Below, piece by piece: positions 60,772 through 64,000 of a stretch of DNA of 64,000 nt; the stretch's first letter is position 1; each line of letters opens with the position of its first letter. The notes below the pieces were generated by a model that did not search any database, had not been told where the DNA came from, and saw only the letters and a program-made list of their open reading frames with translations. The stretch covers positions 1,408,001 through 1,472,000 of the forward strand of contig OY969767.1 in the NCBI GenBank assembly GCA_963702895.1. Direction: 5' to 3'. This DNA comes from an uncultured Elusimicrobia bacterium. Lineage in GTDB: Bacteria > Elusimicrobiota > Elusimicrobia > 2-01-FULL-59-12. A program made the translations under genes and the position numbers.

Positions 60772-62002
60772 GTCCTGCCAGGGCCTTGGCCAGGCCGATC
60801 ACAAAATAGAACATCATCATCACCACCACCGCGTTATAGGAGGTTTCTGTCACTCCGCCGAGAAAAAAACCAAGCATGGCCAGCCCCGCGCCTCGATAGA
60901 GCAGGACGTCGTAAGCATGGCGGCTTCGCCGAAAGGCGTCCCACAACTCTTTGACGAGCGCCGCAAAAAAAGCGAGGAACATGAAGAGCCCGAGCCCCCC
61001 CCGTTCGGCCATAATGTTCACATAATTACTGTGCAGATGTCCCCAGGGCCCGGTGCGGCGATCCGCCTCGTCTTGGAAAGGCGGCGACACTTTTTTCACA
61101 TTGCCCGGCCCCACCCCGAAGAAAGGGTTTGATTGGAACAGCGAATAACCCGCCTTCCACATGTTGAGGCGATCACGATTGGAGTGGTGGGTGCTGTCCG
61201 TGATGCTGGCGGCACGCTTGTGCAGCGTCGGGACAGAAAGAAAAACGAGCGCAAAGATGCCGCCCAAGAGGACCAAGAGCATGGAACGTTTTCGACGCGA
61301 TGTCAGGATCGCCACGATCACCATGACCGCGGCGGCAAGCCAGGGTCCTCGGCTCTGAGAGACAAGCAGCGCGCCCCCCACACTTGCTAGATAGACAAAC
61401 CAGAGGAGAAGCCGCCGGCCGCTGGAGGAGAGCAGAAAACAGATCCCAAAAGCCCAGTGAAAAAGGAGGCACTCCGCGTACGTCAGTGGGTGGCTGCGGG
61501 TGCCGATCACGCGACCGTTGACCATGGAAAGATGATCCAGAATGGGCCTGGGCCATTGCGCGATGGCGCTGGGCAGGGTGTAAAAGACCCCTCCTGATTT
61601 GTCTGACTGATTCACACCGGTCGCAAATTGGATCAGGCCCCAGACGGCCACCAGCGCGCCAGCGGCCATAAAGATATGAAGCAATTTCTCATTTTGCCGA
61701 CGAGAGACGGTCACGGAGGCGATCAAGAGGGCGATCACCAGATAGAAATCTGTTTTCCATATCTCGCCGAGACTGCGTCGAACGTCCACCCCCGCAAAGG
61801 CTGAGACCACACTCACCCCCAGATAGAGAAGAAAGACTTTTTCTGCCAGTCCCCACCGGGGCGGCCAGCGCAGAAGGGTCGCCCTGCCCCCCAGGAGCCA
61901 GACGGCCAACAAAGGGAAAAAAACAAGATTGGTGGCCGCAATCGAAATCGGGGTGACGAAGGCCAAAGCGTTCATGCCGTAAATGAAGATCTGTTCAAAC
62001 AC
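60752..62002 (-). CDS. waaL: O-antigen ligase family protein
   Basis: Multi-TM protein with SQSRG.W, R...W......P.FGVG.G and H.HSNY....E.G..G motifs. Confidence 0.85.
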   Translation of the reverse strand: MFEQIFIYGMNALAFVTPISIAATNLVFFPLLAVWLLGGRATLLRWPPRWGLAEKVFLLYLGVSVVSAFAGVDVRRSLGEIWKTDFYLVIALLIASVTVSRRQNEKLLHIFMAAGALVAVWGLIQFATGVNQSDKSGGVFYTLPSAIAQWPRPILDHLSMVNGRVIGTRSHPLTYAECLLFHWAFGICFLLSSSGRRLLLWFVYLASVGGALLVSQSRGPWLAAAVMVIVAILTSRRKRSMLLVLLGGIFALVFLSVPTLHKRAASITDSTHHSNRDRLNMWKAGYSLFQSNPFFGVGPGNVKKVSPPFQDEADRRTGPWGHLHSNYVNIMAERGGLGLFMFLAFFAALVKELWDAFRRSRHAYDVLLYRGAGLAMLGFFLGGVTETSYNAVVVMMMFYFVIGLAKALAGHENEPA

Positions 62003-63138
62003 CGGAGAGTTTCCTCACCAGAACAATCAGTTTTTTCCAGTGTTCCTCGCCTTCCGTGAAGACGAGGTCCATGCGCAACGCGAAGGCTGGCAGCAGGAGA
62101 CTCCCGCCGGTGCCCCAGCGCATGGCGTCTTTTTCGGTCATGACAATCCACTCCGCCTCCCGTCGATTCTTGGCGACCCATGCGCGTATATCCTCCGTAC
62201 GGCCGGAATGGTCCGCCAAGCTCAGCGAAGCCACCACCTTGGCGCCGAGCTCTCGAAGCATATGCTCAAAGGCCTGCGGGTTGCCGATCGCCGAAACCGC
62301 CATGATTCGTTTGCCCCGCAGGTGCGACAAGGGGAGGATGGTCTGATGCTGCAACGCCGTCAAGAAGCGAGGTTGATGCTGACTCTCGAGCAGCACGGAC
62401 GAAGGCTGCATGTGACTCGTCACTTCCGCTCGGAGGACCGCCAGCCGATCGGGACCAATGAGGCCTGTTCGTGTTAAAACAACAGCATCCGCACGGCGAA
62501 GGGCCTGCGGCGGCTCACGGAGCAGTCCCGCGGGCAAAAGTCTTCCTCCACCCCAAGGATCGGTCACGTCCACGACCACAATGTTGATATCTTTCTGGAG
62601 GCGGTGATGCTGGAAACCATCATCCATCACAAAACAGTCGATCGAATGATTCTTAAGAATACTGATTCCCCACCTTGTAGCGGTCTGCTCCCACCCCGAC
62701 ACAGGCCCCTGGCAGGCGGTGTGAGAGCTCCATGGCTTCATCGCCAGCTTCCGCAACACCCGCCAGCATATGCTCCGCGTCCCGCACAACCACCAGGTCC
62801 CGCTTTTTCTTTTCGCGCTTATAGCCGCGTAGAAGAACGGCCGGCTTGAGGCCCGCCGCAAGAAGATCGTTCGTAAGCCTGATGACGAGTGGTGTCTTGC
62901 CAGTGCCGCCTACGGTAATATTACCAACACAAATCGTGGGGAGCGGCAGCCGTTTGACATGGAAGAGGCCATGCCGATAAGCAAGCTCCCGACCTTTGAC
63001 ACCCACCCCATAGCCCCAGCTGCCAAGGCGAGCAAAGCGCCTCACAGACTCCGACAGGAGGTCTTGTCGATGGCCACGCAAAACTTCCTCCCACCAGGGC
63101 AGGTTGTGACGCCGTCTTTCTTTCGCTGTGATTTCCAT
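61995..63138 (-). CDS. lpxK: Tetraacyldisaccharide 4'-kinase, with an apparent 1-nt frameshift near 62668-62671
   Basis: VGNITVGGTGKTP, L.RGY and GDE are in one frame. DDGFQH..L, LLPAG.LRE, AIGNP..F and MTEKDA are in the next frame. Confidence 0.92.
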
Positions 63139-63143
63139 GGAAC

Positions 63144-64000
63144 TCAGGCCCCTACCCCAGCCTGCCTCACCAGTTGCTCCGCTTCCTGAAAAACCGACTG
63201 CGGCGTGAGGGCCGCCATACATTCATGCCCAAATGAACATTCATTAAGATTGCAACCGAGGCACTGAAGACCTGGTGCTGAAAGTGCCCGATGTTTCGGG
63301 CCACCGGGATTCCAGGCGACGGGGTCGGTTGGCCCGTAAAGCGTGACCGTGGGAGTCCCCACGGCCACTGCCATGTGCATGGGACCATTATCGTTGGTCA
63401 CCACCAGGCGGCAATGCTCAAGCAAAGCAGCCATTTCCCTGAGCGTCGTTCTGGGGATCATCTGACTACCAGGACACTCCCGGGCGATGTCTAGCACATA
63501 GTCTTCCTCCCCAGGTCCCCAAAACAGCCACACCGGCGCTTGTTGGGCCGCGTACATCCCGGCAAGAACTCGAAAAGAAGAACTGGACCAACGCCTCGAT
63601 GGTCTTCGATGGGTCGGGATCAGGCCCACGATATGGCGAGAACCCGGGGGCTGTTTCAAAATACCCGCGGCCCAGCGCCGCTCAGAATCCGTAAGAAAGA
63701 ATGTTCGCTCCCCTGCTCCAGCGACAAGCGGGAAAAGAGACCTGAGAAGGCTCATCTTGCCTTCGGTGGCAGAGACCCCCTGGCCAGGGCGCCGGACCGT
63801 CCGGTCCAGAAGGTGTCCCCAGAACGTGACCTTGTAGCCTGCCCGCACCCCGGCGTTGCTAAACAAGCCACAAAGAATCGAACGCGGAGAACTTTGGAAA
63901 TCAAAAATAAGATCGTATCGCGCACGCCGCAGCTCGCGACAGGTGTTCCAGGGTGACGAACGGTGATAGACGCGCACCGCATGGAGAAAAGGGTTGTTCT
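63144..64000 (-). CDS. Glycosyltransferase family 9 (LPS heptosyltransferase), 5' partial
   Basis: YDL..D.Q, RRW, L.E.AALL..C...VTND.GPMHMA.A.G.PTV.LYGPT motifs; runs off the window end. Confidence 0.9.
   Translation of the reverse strand, partial: NNPFLHAVRVYHRSSPWNTCRELRRARYDLIFDFQSSPRSILCGLFSNAGVRAGYKVTFWGHLLDRTVRRPGQGVSATEGKMSLLRSLFPLVAGAGERTFFLTDSERRWAAGILKQPPGSRHIVGLIPTHRRPSRRWSSSSFRVLAGMYAAQQAPVWLFWGPGEEDYVLDIARECPGSQMIPRTTLREMAALLEHCRLVVTNDNGPMHMAVAVGTPTVTLYGPTDPVAWNPGGPKHRALSAPGLQCLGCNLNECSFGHECMAALTPQSVFQEAEQLVRQAGVGA

Overview
A GC-rich bacterial window in two parts. (1) Positions 1-19876 (+ strand) are an accessory island of three tandem giant genes: the 3' end of one running in from the left edge, a 2426-aa ORF whose true N-terminus lies in another frame across a C8 tract, and a 3506-aa ORF. 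A DUF433/DUF5615 toxin-antitoxin pair sits between the last two. The giants share one design. The two complete ones have a signal-peptide-like leader (DP..A.A, then F..QAL) followed by unrelated enzyme-like domains: NagB, several SAM methyltransferases including a CheR-like one, kinase-like, GHKL, GNAT, zincin-like, transglutaminase, LysM and a sigma-r4 HTH. These domains are separated by recurring hydrophobic helical-hairpin cassettes, and several cassettes are near-identical at the DNA level. All three proteins end with a hairpin and a basic tail finishing in Ala-Ala. This 'beads on a membrane string' cassette system is the most unusual feature. (2) Positions 20375-64000 (- strand) are housekeeping genes of a diderm, LPS-producing bacterium: LPS/Kdo/heptose genes, lptCAB, an hpf-ptsN-hprK-rapZ-PTS(Man)-GH57-HPr-ptsI cluster without rpoN, lepA-lepB, hemW, CIRCE-controlled hrcA-grpE-dnaK-dnaJ, rsmE, terC, mtaB and rpsU-yqeY-dnaG-rpoD. 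A palindromic repeat family occurs three times, once inserted in frame inside mtaB. rpoD and lpxK each carry a one-base homopolymer frameshift, which suggests assembly indels. The gene content is reminiscent of Elusimicrobiota/Omnitrophota-like lineages (inference only). No rRNA, tRNA, CRISPR array or transposase was recognised. All domain calls come from motif recognition by eye, not from database searches.
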